A stretch of DNA of 63,162 nucleotides, counting the filler, from Octopus bimaculoides (lineage: Eukaryota), in assembly GCF_001194135.2 (NCBI RefSeq). It is 4 parts of 4 records of this genome, joined end to end, with 100 filler letters (N's around TTAATTAATTAA, not from the genome) between each part and the next. Parts side by side here need not be neighbours in the genome. Positions count along the whole stretch, not along the records: positions 1 to 27,145 come from NC_068981.1; 3 more parts are not named here. The stretch is one strand, 5' to 3'. The position numbers and the translations under genes are program-made. The notes below the pieces were generated by a model. It was not told the origin of the DNA, ran no database searches, and worked only from the letters and a program-made list of their open reading frames with translations. Within the stretch, counting starts at the first letter, position 1; each line of letters starts with the position of its first letter. This document shows positions 13,130-25,144 of the stretch, in pieces.

Positions 13130-14075
13130 CCGGCAATAAAATACACGCCGAATATTTGATAAATAGTGCTGAAGACCTGCTGCAATATGCCGCGAAAGAT
13201 ATGAGTGTAAATGCAGATGAAATGATGGGCTAGTAAGAGTTTAACCAAAAAGCTGAGGAGAAGGAGAAAGAAGACCTTCATGAAATGAGAATGCATGGAC
13301 TCTTTGAAGGGAATATACAGGACGTTAAGCATAATACAGCATCGTGGGCATAGCTTGAGCGAGGTCATTTGAAGCGTACCACCGAAAGCCTTTCAAGTCA
13401 GTAAAGTATAACGTCTATAAAGCTTCTGATACCCAGAAACGCAGACTTTGTGGAAAGAGTGTGGAAAATGTGACCCACTTGGTAAGTGAATGTGAGAGCC
13501 TTGCACAAAACGTATACAAACGCCGCTACGATAAAGTGCGTGTGCATCTACATTGGCTCTTATGCCGTAAATACCAGTATGAAGTAACAGAGAACTGGTA
13601 TGAGCATGTACCAAGTAAAGATAAGCAGGAGGATGGAAAAGTAATGATACTCTGGGACTATGATCTTCAGTTGGACTGTGTAATCGAACACGGTCAGCCA
13701 GATATTGTCATATTGAATAAGAGAGACATATACTGTCAGAACATTGATGTAGCCATACAAAATGACATGAATGTTGTGAGTAAAGAGGTTGAAAAATATC
13801 ACTCCGAATTGAAAGTGGAAATGACAGGACTGTATGGAATGCGAGTAATGTAAAAGTGATACCAGTGGTGATCGGAGCGTTGGGTTCAATCCCATTGAAA
13901 CTTCAAGTCTTCTTAAGGCAACTCGAAATCCCGTACAAGACTGATGTCTTGCTAAGAGCAGACTCATTGGGCACCGCGCACATCGTAAGAAAATTATTAT
14001 CTATCTGAGGTCCTTGTTGTGACTTGACAGATGACTAAAAACTCCGGTGCATTTTTTCTTACACTGTGTTACGAA
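13130..14075 (+). mobile_element. R4/Dong-like non-LTR retrotransposon, 5'-truncated copy 1 (Zn knuckle + REL endonuclease)
   Basis: MHGLFEG...SWA*LERGHLKRTTE; C..C..ENVTHLVSEC; RRYDKV...; LWDYDLQLD...QPDIVILNK...IDVAI...EKY; VIGALG...GTAHIVRK; 3' UTR ending in a TAA/GAT tail. Confidence 0.9.
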
Positions 14076-14099
14076 GGAACGATAATAATGATATAAAGG

Positions 14100-14903
14100 G
14101 ACAATGACTAAAATCTGGGCGGAGGGGAGCCAGTCGATTAGATCGTCCCCATTAATTTATCGAACCCGGAATGATGAAAGGCAAAGTGGACTTGAGCGGA
14201 ATTTGAACTCAGAACCTAGAGACGAGTGAACTATCGCTAAGCATTTCTTTCAGCGTGCTAACGATTCTGCCATCTCACCGCCTTATTATTAATGGGCAGC
14301 CATTTTGTGGGAGGGGATAAGTCGATTACATCGACCTCAATACTGAAATTAATTTATCTAACCCGAAAAGATGAAAGGCAAATTCGACCTCGGTAGAATT
14401 TAAACTAGCGACAAACTAAATACTGCTAAACGTCGTCTAGCGTGCCAACGATTTTGCCAGCGCGCCGCCTTAATAATAATAATTAGAAGTTTCTCAAATT
14501 TTGCCACAAGGGCAGCTTGTGGGGAGCTGTTCAAGTGGTACTTATTTTATCGACCCCGAAAGTATGAACGGTAAAGTCGTCCTCGGAAGGATTTGCTCTC
14601 AGAACGTAGCGACGGGCGAAATACCGCTAAGTATTTCCTCCAGGGTACAAACGATTCTGCCAACTCACCGCCTTAGTATTATTATTACTAATAATAATAA
14701 TCCTTTCTACCATAGACACAAGGCCTGAAATTTGGGGGCAGTGGATAAGTCGATCACATTGACCTCAGTACTTGACTGGTATTTAATCTCTCGAACCTGA
14801 AAGGATGAAAGGCAAAGTCGACCTCGACGGAATTTGAATTAGCGGCTGACTAAACACCGCTAAACATTTCGTCCGGCGTGCTAACGATTCTGCCAGCTCG
14901 CCG

Positions 14904-14905
<2 letters not shown>
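14100..14905 (-). mobile_element. Four consecutive SINE family A copies separated by short TAA tracts
   Basis: 'gatgaaaggcaaagtcgacctcggcggaatttgaactcagaac...gctaacgattctgccagctcaccgcctt' occurs four times (~14100-14283, 14290-14470, 14490-14672, 14715-14905). Confidence 0.88.
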
Positions 14906-14907
<2 letters not shown>

Positions 14908-14971
<64 letters not shown>

Positions 14972-15051
14972 GTAGTAGTAATAAAAATAATAATAATAAT
15001 AATCATAACGATAACAACAACAACGACAATAATAATAATAATAACAACAAC

Positions 15052-15107
<56 letters not shown>

Positions 15108-15127
15108 TAATAATAATAATAATATTA
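14908..15127. repeat. (TAA)n/(CAA)n microsatellite
   Basis: Direct reading. Confidence 0.97.
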
Positions 15128-17515
15128 ATAAGAGGAGGAGGAAACTGGAAAAATGGGGCAAAGATCGACCGAGAAAAATTAGAAAAGAAAAATAAATTAC
15201 AGAAGAATGGATTTGATGCATGTCAAAAAACCAGAAGATCAGATGATTTGTGAACAGAAATAAACAGATCAAGAACAGATTGTTCAAAAATAACCCGAAG
15301 CAATTGTTTTGAACGTTAGAAGGAGAAAATAGGGGAAATGTTGCTGCAGATAGAAATCAAACCAACGAGTTCTGAAGCGGATCATGGGGAAACAATGTGT
15401 TACATAAAAGGGATGCATGTGAATAGGAACTATCAAGACAGAATAACAAGGAGGAAAGAAACAAAGGAATATTGTCATAAGCACAGTTTACGTGAAAGAA
15501 CAAGAGGGTAAAGTGCTTAACTGGAACCGACCCCAGCCCCAGACCAGATGGGATTCATGGCTTTTGGCTGAAGAGCTACCACGCGGTGTATGAAAGACTA
15601 ACAGCCCAGTTGAGTATGTCCAAAAGGTACAGTCCCCACAAAGATGGTGACTAGTAGGAAAACACTTATAATGAAAGAAAGGAGAATATTGTAGGAAACT
15701 ATCGTCCCATAGCATGCCTAAACATAATCTGGAAGATACTCACTGGAATATGTGCAGCAAAGACATACACTTTCCTGGCACAGGAAGAAATACTACCAAG
15801 GGAACATAAAGGATGTAGGAAGAGTTCTCGGGGCACCAAGGATCAACTGATCATCAATAATACAGTTTTGAGGCATTGTAAAAAACATCATACAAACATG
15901 TCTATGGCTTGGATTGACTTTAAGAATGCCTCATTCTTGGACTGTTGAATGCCTGCAGATGGTTGGTGTTGCTGACAATATCACGAATTTTCTGATGCAT
16001 AGCATGAAAGAGTAGAAAACCAGATTGTTCTCAAGTAATGTACTCTTGGAGAAGTTAATATTAAAAGGGGCATCTTCCATGGTGACTCGTTTTCTCCGTT
16101 ACTATTCGTAATTGCGCGAATACCCATAACAATGACACTTAGGAAAGTTAAGATGGGTTACCGACGTGGGAAGAGCTATCTTCTGTTTATGGATGACCTG
16201 AAATTGTTTGTGAAATCTGAAAACTAGATAGATTCCTTAACCAAAACAGTCCAGAAGTGTCGTAGGGACATCGATATGGAATTTGAGATTACCAAATGCT
16301 CAGTACTTAATATGAAAAGAGGGAAGAAAGCAGCCTGCAGGGGATTGCAGTTAGCCTCAGGAGATACCATGGGTGAACCCGATGATAGTGGGTATAGATA
16401 TTTAGGGATTTTGGAGCTAAATGACATTCTACGCGGAGAACGGAAAGTCAAGGTCAGCAAGGCGTATCAAAAAATGGTGAAAATGGTGTGAATCCAACCT
16501 CAATGCCAAAAATATGATTACCACAATGAATATCTGGGCAGTTGCAGTGGTCATATATAGTGCCTCCATCCTCAAATGGACTAAGGAGGAAATATCAACA
16601 CTGGATAGAAGGACGAGAAAGTTGATGATGCTGCATTGGGCGCTACACCCTAAAGCAAACGTAAACAGACTGTATATGAAAAGAAAGAATTGTTGCAGAG
16701 GACTAATTAGTATAGTTTGAAAGGAATACACAGGACGTTAAGCATAATACAGAATCGTGGCTATAGCTTGTGCGAGGTCATTTGAAGCGTACCACCGAAA
16801 GCCTGATCATTGCTGCACAAGACCAGTTTCTCGCTATTAAGTAAGCGAAGTATAACATCTATAAAACGTCTGGCACCCAGAAATGCAGATTCAGTGGAAA
16901 TAGTGTGGAAAATGTGGCCCACTTGGTAAGTGGATGTGAGAGGTTGCAGAAAACGTATACAAACGCCGCCACGATAAAGTGTGTGTGTATCTTCATTGGT
17001 TGTTATGCCGTAAATACCAATATGAAGTAACAGAGAACTGGTATGAACATGTACCAACTAAAGTTATGTAGGAGGATAGAAAAGTAACGATACTCTGGGA
17101 CTATGATTTTCAGACGGATCGTGAAATCGAACACGTTCAGCCGGATATTGTCATATTGAATAAGAGAGACAAATACAGTCAGATTATTGATGTAGCCATA
17201 CCAAATGACATGAATGTGTGAGTAAAGAGGTTGAAAAATATCACCAAGTACTCCGAATTGAAAGTAGTGATGGCAAGACTGTGTGTAATGCGAGAGGGTA
17301 ATGTAAAAGCGATACCAGCGGTGATCGGAGCGTTGAGCTCAATCCCATTGAAACTTCAAGTCTTTTTAAGGCAACTCGAATCCCATCTTGCAAAAAGCAG
17401 ACTTATTGGGCACCGCGCACATCTTAAGGAAATTATTATCAGTGTGAGGTCCTTGTTGTGACTTGACAGATGACTAGATTCGAGTTTATTTTTACCTACA
17501 CTGTATTTTACGAAG

Positions 17516-17516
<1 letters not shown>
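15128..17516 (+). mobile_element. R4/Dong-like non-LTR retrotransposon, copy 2 (RT + Zn knuckle + REL), degenerate
   Basis: GNYRPIACLNIIWKILTG; KGCRKSSRGTKDQLII; MAWIDFKNA; KRGIFHGDSFSPLLF; LFMDDLKLF; YRYLGILE; LHPKANVNRLYMKRK..RGLISI; RRHDKV; QPDIVILNK. Flanked by (TAA)n on both sides; 3' UTR closely similar to copy 1. Confidence 0.93.
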
Positions 17517-18290
<774 letters not shown>

Positions 18291-18455
18291 GTGATCCTGA
18301 GACAGCATTATTGGGTACAGCTCGCATTCTAAGGAGAGTATTGTCGCTTTGAGTGACAAGAGCAGGCAATACTTGAAACCTTTGGTGATTTCTTATTGCC
18401 TGCTTCCAAGTAAAGAATAACTGGTAATTAAGAACTATCTGAGGGTCTTTCAGAA
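18291..18455 (+). mobile_element. R4/Dong-like extreme 3' end (different subfamily)
   Basis: ETALLGTARILRRVLSL*, then a distinct 3' UTR and (TAA)n. Confidence 0.75.
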
Positions 18456-18469
18456 TAATAATAATAATC

Positions 18470-18524
<55 letters not shown>

Positions 18525-18917
18525 GGATCTTTTCCTTTTGAACAGCAGGTCGAGAAATTAATCTTTTGTAATTAAACACTTTCAAACTTCGGACACTGTT
18601 AGAATGTGTCATATAAAACATCTTTTGCTCTTAGTGTTGTTGAGAAAAGTTTATATTATCAAAGTTATTTCGTGTTAAAGTAGTCGTATTTCAGTAAATT
18701 GAACCTATCAATGACGTGTATTCAGCTGAATAAAATTGCTGCCGTTGTTTGTCAACAATAACTTCCGGCGGTGTATATTTCGTTTGTCACTGTTATTTAT
18801 GACATATTTCATCTCAAGTTACGTTCGTATGATTAAACGAGTGTATCTGAAGAATGTTTACTCTAGTTAGTTACAAAAAATTAATTTCTCGATCTGCCGT
18901 TCAAAGGGTAAAGATCC

Positions 18918-18956
<39 letters not shown>

Positions 18957-18961
18957 CCTTT

Positions 18962-19145
18962 CCCCTATAGGTAAAAGGCCTGAAATTTGAGGGAGGGGGC
19001 TTGTCGATTATATCGACCCTGGTGTTTTTTCATCGACACCGAAAAGATAAAAAGAAAAGTGGACCTCTGTGGAACTTGAACGCAGAACACAAAGACAGAC
19101 GAAATGATACTAAGCACATTTTGCCCGGCGTTCTAACGATTTGGC
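18962..19145 (-). mobile_element. SINE family A
   Basis: 'ataggtaaaaggcctgaaatttgag...ttgcccggcgttctaacgatt', next to (TAA)n. Confidence 0.75.
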
Positions 19146-19434
19146 CAAGATACCTCCCTGAACTACTGGAGGCGGTGACATGAAAAGCTTTTGCAGTTTT
19201 GTTGCTGACGGTGGTGAGTAATTGTTGTACTGTTTTAACACTCCTAGATTCTTTATTGTTATTCGCGGTTTTTTTTTGGGTTTTTTTTTATTTTGATCTT
19301 GGGCAAACACAAATAAACCACTTGTTCACATACCAAACCAACATTCAGCATCCAACATCCTTTCAACCACCAGCTTATCTCAACCATCTTTGATTTATTT
19401 AACTTGCATCTTATGATGATGATGCAAGAGCCGT

Positions 19435-19507
19435 TGCTGCTGCTGCTTCTACTACTACTACTGCTGCTACTACAACTACTACTACTACTACTACTACTAC
19501 TACCACA

Positions 19508-19538
<31 letters not shown>

Positions 19539-19681
19539 TTACTAATACTACTACCACCACTACTACTACTACTACTACTACCACAACCACTACTACTACT
19601 ACTACTACTAATACTACTACCACCACTACTACTACTACTACTGCTGCTACTACAACTACTACTACTACTACTACCACAACC

Positions 19682-19758
<77 letters not shown>

Positions 19759-19762
19759 CACA

Positions 19763-19808
<46 letters not shown>

Positions 19809-19878
19809 ATATTACTACCACAACCACTACTACTACTACTACTACCAACACCAACACCACCAATAACAACACCCACTA
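19435..19878. repeat. (CTA)n/(CCA)n/(CTG)n compound microsatellite
   Basis: Direct reading; source of the poly-L/S/V ORFs. Confidence 0.97.
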
Positions 19879-20184
19879 CCGATCTCGTTGACATCTCTAT
19901 TACAGTCAGCTGTATACCTAGCCCTTCCCTGCGGATGTTCTTGCGGATAGGAGTGCTTTAGCTGAAGTGTTGTAATTTCAGCGAAACAAGTACTATCCGC
20001 AATGAAGTATACATACTGAAGGGCTGTATATCTAGGTGGTTCATTCAATATTTTTTTGCTACAGATATACGTTTCTAGGAAAGCACCCCCCCCCCTCACG
20101 ACCGAAATCTATGTGCACTGGTCAACTGGTAAACGCATATATGTAACTGCGAACTTAAATGTTGCGAATGCACAAACAGTCTAA

Positions 20185-20760
20185 GGCGATAAGCTGGCAG
20201 AATCGTTGCACGCCGGGCAAAATGTTTAGCGTTATTTCGTCCGTTTTTATGATCTGAGTTTAAATTCTGCCAGTGTCTTTCATCCTTTGGGAGCCGATAA
20301 AATAATGAACGGTTGAACACAGGAGTTGTTGTAATCGGCTTACCTACTTCCCAAAATTTGAAACCAATATTACACAAACGGTGGGTGGTGGATTGGATGA
20401 ATCGTTAAAGTGTTGGAAAAAATACCTTTAGGATATTTGTTCCAGTTCTTTATATTATAAGTTCAAATCCCGCCGAAGTGAATTTTACCTTTCATCCTTT
20501 CGACGTCGAAAAATCAACTACCGCTGAAGTATTGGTGTTCATAGTGTCCATTAACACCTTCTCGCTAAATTTCTGGTGTTGTGCCTATGTTAGAAACAAT
20601 GAAGGGCGTTGGATAGAGAGAATCATTAAAACATTAGTCAAAATACTGCGGTGTTTCGTTACGGTTCTTTACGCTCTGAGTTCAAATCAAACTGAGGCCA
20701 AAGTTTGCCTTTCGACGCTCAAGTGTCGATAAAAGAAAGTACCAGTCAAATACCGCCCTT
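20185..20760 (+). mobile_element. Three degenerate SINE family A copies
   Basis: 'aaggcgataagctggcagaatcgttgcacgccggg', 'gttcaaatcccgccgaagtg' and 'gttcaaatcaaactgaggcc' heads/cores. Confidence 0.7.
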
Positions 20761-21001
20761 CAACATTTTAGGTCTTGTGCGTATATTCGAAACACTTTCA
20801 TGTACGCAGTGCGATTCGGCCATGATACAACCGAAGCAAAGAGCAATTCTTCATGTGGGCCCCATTAATAACGATATACCTTGACTTATGCAGTATCAGA
20901 AACCATATGAACAGACGTTATTGCTCATCTTGCTTTTATTGCAGCTTTTCTTGATATTAACGTCTATATTATTTTTGTTATTATTATTGTTGTTATCGTA
21001 A

Positions 21002-24000
21002 AGTCAGCGAACTGACAAAATCGTTTGCACGCAAGGCGAAATGCTTACCAGAATTTCGTTTGCCGCAACGTTTTGCGTTCAAATTCCGCCGAGGTCGACT
21101 TTGCCTTTCATCCTTTCAGGGTCGATGAATTAAGTACCACTGAAACACTTGGGTCGCTGAAATCAATTATCTTTCTAGCCAACATTTCAGGCTTTGTGCC
21201 TATAGTTGAAAGAATCATTAGCACGCCAAACAAAATGATTAACGGTATTTCACCTATCTGTATGTTCAGAGTTCAAATTCCGCAGAGGTTAGCTTTTGCT
21301 CAACATCCTTTCAGGGTCGATAAATTAAGTGACAGTGAAACACTTGGGTCGACGAAATCAATTATCTTACTCCCCAAAATTTCAGGCCTTGTGCCTATAT
21401 TAGAAAGAATCGTTAGCACGCCAAACAAAATGCTTAACGTTATTTCACCTGTCTTTACGTTCAGTGTTCAAATTCAACCGAGGTCGACTTTTGCTCATCA
21501 TCATTTCAGGGTCGATAAATTAATTACCAGTGAAATATTTGGGTCGATAAGTCAAATATCTTTCTCCTACAAATTTCAGGCCTTGTGCCTATAGTAGAAA
21601 GGATCGTTAGCACGCCAAACAAAATGCTTAACGGTATTTCACATGTCTTTATGTTAAGATTTCATATTCCGCAGAGGTCGGATTGTGCTCTTCATCATTT
21701 CAGGGCCGGTAAATTAAGTACCAGTGAAACACTTGGGTCGATGAAATCAATTATTTTTCTCCCTAAATTTCAGGCCTTGTGCCTATAGTAGAAAGGAACG
21801 TTAGCACCTGAAACAAAATGCTTAACGGTATTTCACCTGTCTTTACGTTCAGAGTTCGAATTCAGCCGAGGTCGACTTTTGCTCTTTATACTTTCAGGGT
21901 GGATAAATTATTTACCAGTGAAACACTTGGATCGATGAAATCAATTATCTTTTTGCCCCAAATTTCAGGCCTTGTGCCTATAGTAGAAAGGATCGTTAGC
22001 ACGCCAAACAAAATGCTTAACGGTATTTCACCTGTCTTTACGTTCACATTTCACATTCCGCAGAGTTCGAATTTTGCTCTTCATCATTTCAGGGCCGGTA
22101 AATTAAGTACCAATGAAACACTTGGGTCGATGAAATCAATTATCTTTCTCCCCAAATTTCAGGCCTTGTGCCTATAGTAGAAAGGATCGTTAGCACCTGA
22201 AACAAAATGCTTAACGGTATTTCACCTGTCTTTATGTTCAGAGTTCAAATCCCGCCGAGGTCGACTTTTGCTCTTTATACTTTCAGGGTGGATAAATTAT
22301 TTACCAGTGAAACACTTGGATCGATGAAATCAATTATCTTTCTGCCCCAAATTTCAGGCCTTGTGCCTATAGTAGAAAGAATCGTTATCACGCCAAATAA
22401 AATGCTTAACGGTATTTCACCTGTATTTACGTTCAGAGTTCAAATTCAGGCGAGGTCGACTTTTGCTCTTCAGGCCTTGTGCCTATAGTAGAAAGAATCG
22501 TTAGCACGCCAAACAAGATGCTTAACGTTATTTCTCCTATCTTTATGTTCAGAGTTCAAATTCCGCAGACGTCTACATTTGCACGTCATCCTTTCAGAGA
22601 CGATATATTAAGTACCAGTGAAATACTTGGGTCGATGACATCAAATATCTTTCTCCCCAAATTTCAGGCCTTGTGCCTATAGTAGAAAGGATCGTTATCA
22701 CGCGAAACAAGATGCTTAATGGTAGTTCACCTGTGTTTATGTTTAGAGTTCAAATTCCGCATAGGTCGACTTTTGCACTTCATCATTTCAGGGTCGGTAA
22801 ATTAAGTACCAGTGAAACCCTTTGGTCGATGAAATCAATTATCATTCTCCACCAAATTTCAGGCAGAGGTCGACTTTTACTCTTTATCCTTTCAGGATCG
22901 ATTAAGTAAATACCAGTGAAATACTTGGGTCGATGAAATCAATTATCTTTATCCACCAAATTTCAGGTCTTGTGCCTATTGTAGAAAGAATCGTTAGCAC
23001 GCCAAATAATATGCTTAACGGTATTTCACCTGTATGTATGTTCAGAGTTCAAATTCCGCAGAGGTCGACTCTTATTCTGTATCCTTTCAGTGTCCATAAA
23101 TGAAGTATGAGTGAAAGATTTGTGTCGATGAAATCAATTATTTTTCTCCCCTAAATTTCAGGCCTTGTGCTTATAATACATAGAATCGTTAGCGCGCCAA
23201 ACAAAATGCTTAACGGTATTTCACCTATCTTTATGATCAGAGTTCACATTCCGCATAGGTCGACTATTGCTCTTCATCTTTTCAGGATCGATAAATTAAG
23301 TACCAGTGAAACACTTGGGTCGTTGAAATCATTTATCTTTCTAACCCAAATTTCAGGACTTGTGCCTTTCTTAGAAAGAATCGTTAGTACGTCAAACAAT
23401 ATGCTTAACTGTATTTCACCTGTCTCTATGTTCAGATTTCAAATACCGCAGATGTCGACTTTTGTTCTTCACCCTTTCAGGGTCGATAAATTAAGTACCA
23501 GTGAAACACTTGGGTCGACGAAATCAATTATCTTTTTCCCCCATAGTTCAGGCCTTGTGCCTATATTAGAAACAATCGTTAGCACGCTAAATTAAATGCT
23601 TGACGATATTTCATCTGTCATTATGTTCAGAGTTCAAATTCCGCCGAGGTCGACCTTTGATCTTCACCCTTTCAGGGTCGATAAATGAAGTACGAGTGAA
23701 ACACTTGTGTCGATTAAATAAATACTCTTTCTCCCCGAAATTTTTGGCCTTGTGCCTATATTAGAATGGATCGTTAACAAGTCAAACAAAATGCTTAAAT
23801 GTATTTCACCTGTCTCTATGTTCAGAGTTCAAATACCGCAGGTGTCCACTTTTGATCTTCCTCCTTTCAGGGACGGTAAATTAAGTACCAGTGAAACACT
23901 TGGGTTGATGAAATCAATAATCTTTCTCCCCAAAATTTTAGGCCTTGTGCCTATATTAGAAAGAATCCTTAGCACGCCAAACAAAATGCTTAACGGTATT

Positions 24001-25118
24001 TCACCTGTCTGTGTGTTCAGAGTTCAAATTCCGAACAGGTCGACTTTTGCTCTTTATCCTTTTCGGGTCGATAAATTAAGTACCAGTGAAACACTTGGGT
24101 CGATGAAATCAATTATCTTTCTCCCCCAAATTTCAGGCCTTGTGCCTATAGTAGAAAGGATCGTTAGCACGCGAAACAAGATGCTTAACGGTAGTTCACC
24201 TGTCTTTATGTTCAGAGTTCAAATTCCGCAGAGTTCGACTTTTGCTCTTCATCTTTTCAGGATCGATAAATTAAGTACCAGTGAAACACTTGGGTCGATG
24301 AAATCAATAATCATTCTCCCCCAAATTTCAGGCCTTGTGCCTATAATAGAAAGAATCGTTAGCACAAAATACTTAACGGTATTTCACCTGTCTGTATGTT
24401 CAGAGTTCAAATTCCGAAGACGTCGACTTTTGCACTTCATATTTTCAGGGTCGATAAATTAAGTACCAGTGAAACACTTGGGTCGATGAAATCAATTATT
24501 TTTCTCCCCTAAATTTCAGGCCTTGTGCCTATATTTGAAAGAATCGTTAGCACGCCAAAAATAATGCTTAACGGTATTTCACCTGTCTGTATGTCCAGAG
24601 TTCATATTCCGCCGGGGTCGACTTTTGCTCTTCTTCCTTTCAGGGTCGGTAAATTAAGTACCAGTAAAACACTTGGGTCGATAAAATCAATTATCTTTCT
24701 GCCCCAAATTTCAGGCCTTGTGCCTATAGTTGAAAGACTTGTTATCACGCCAAATAAAATGCTTAGCGGTATTTCGTCTGCCGTTACGTTCTGAGTTCAA
24801 ATTCCGCCGAGGTCGACTTTGCCTTTCATCCTTTCGGGGTCGATAAATTAAGTACCAGTTACGCACTGGGGTCGATATAATCGACTTAATCCGTTTGTCT
24901 GTCCTTGGTTGTCCCCTCTGTGTATAGCCCCTTGTGGGCAGTAAAGAAATAGGTATTTCACCTGTATCTATGTTCAGAGTCCAAATTCCGCCGAGGTCGA
25001 CGTTTGCTCTTTATCCTTTCAGGTTCGATAAATGAAGTACCAGTGAAACACTTGGGTCGATGAAATCAATTATCTTTCTACCCCAAATTTCAGGCCTTGT
25101 GCCTATAACAGAAAGGAC
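21002..25118 (+). repeat. Tandem array (~21 units of 194-195 bp) derived from the internal part of SINE family A
   Basis: The unit 'ccttgtgcctatagtagaaaggatcgttagcacgccaaacaaaatgcttaacggtatttcacctg...ccccaaatttcagg' recurs every ~195 bp. There is a full SINE head only at the start and a tail plus (GTT)n only at the end. Two units are internally deleted (~22470, ~22865). Confidence 0.95.
24765..24955 (+). mobile_element. Canonical-type SINE A variant nested in the array
   Basis: Dispersed-type sequence 'ttctgagttcaaattccgccgagg...tacgcactggggtcgat' plus tail 'ttaatccgtttgtctgtcc...aaagaaata', bracketed by ggtatttc. Confidence 0.8.
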
Positions 25119-25144
25119 CATTGTTGTTGTTGTTGTCAAGACGA

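Noticed and set aside
19259-19961. Poly-Ser/Gly, poly-Leu and poly-Val ORFs
   Set aside because: Translations of a compound (CTA/CCA) microsatellite; no splice or domain support.
21002-25118. CRISPR-like appearance of the regular array
   Set aside because: Whole units are homologous, there are no unique spacers, the sequence is SINE-derived and the context is eukaryotic.
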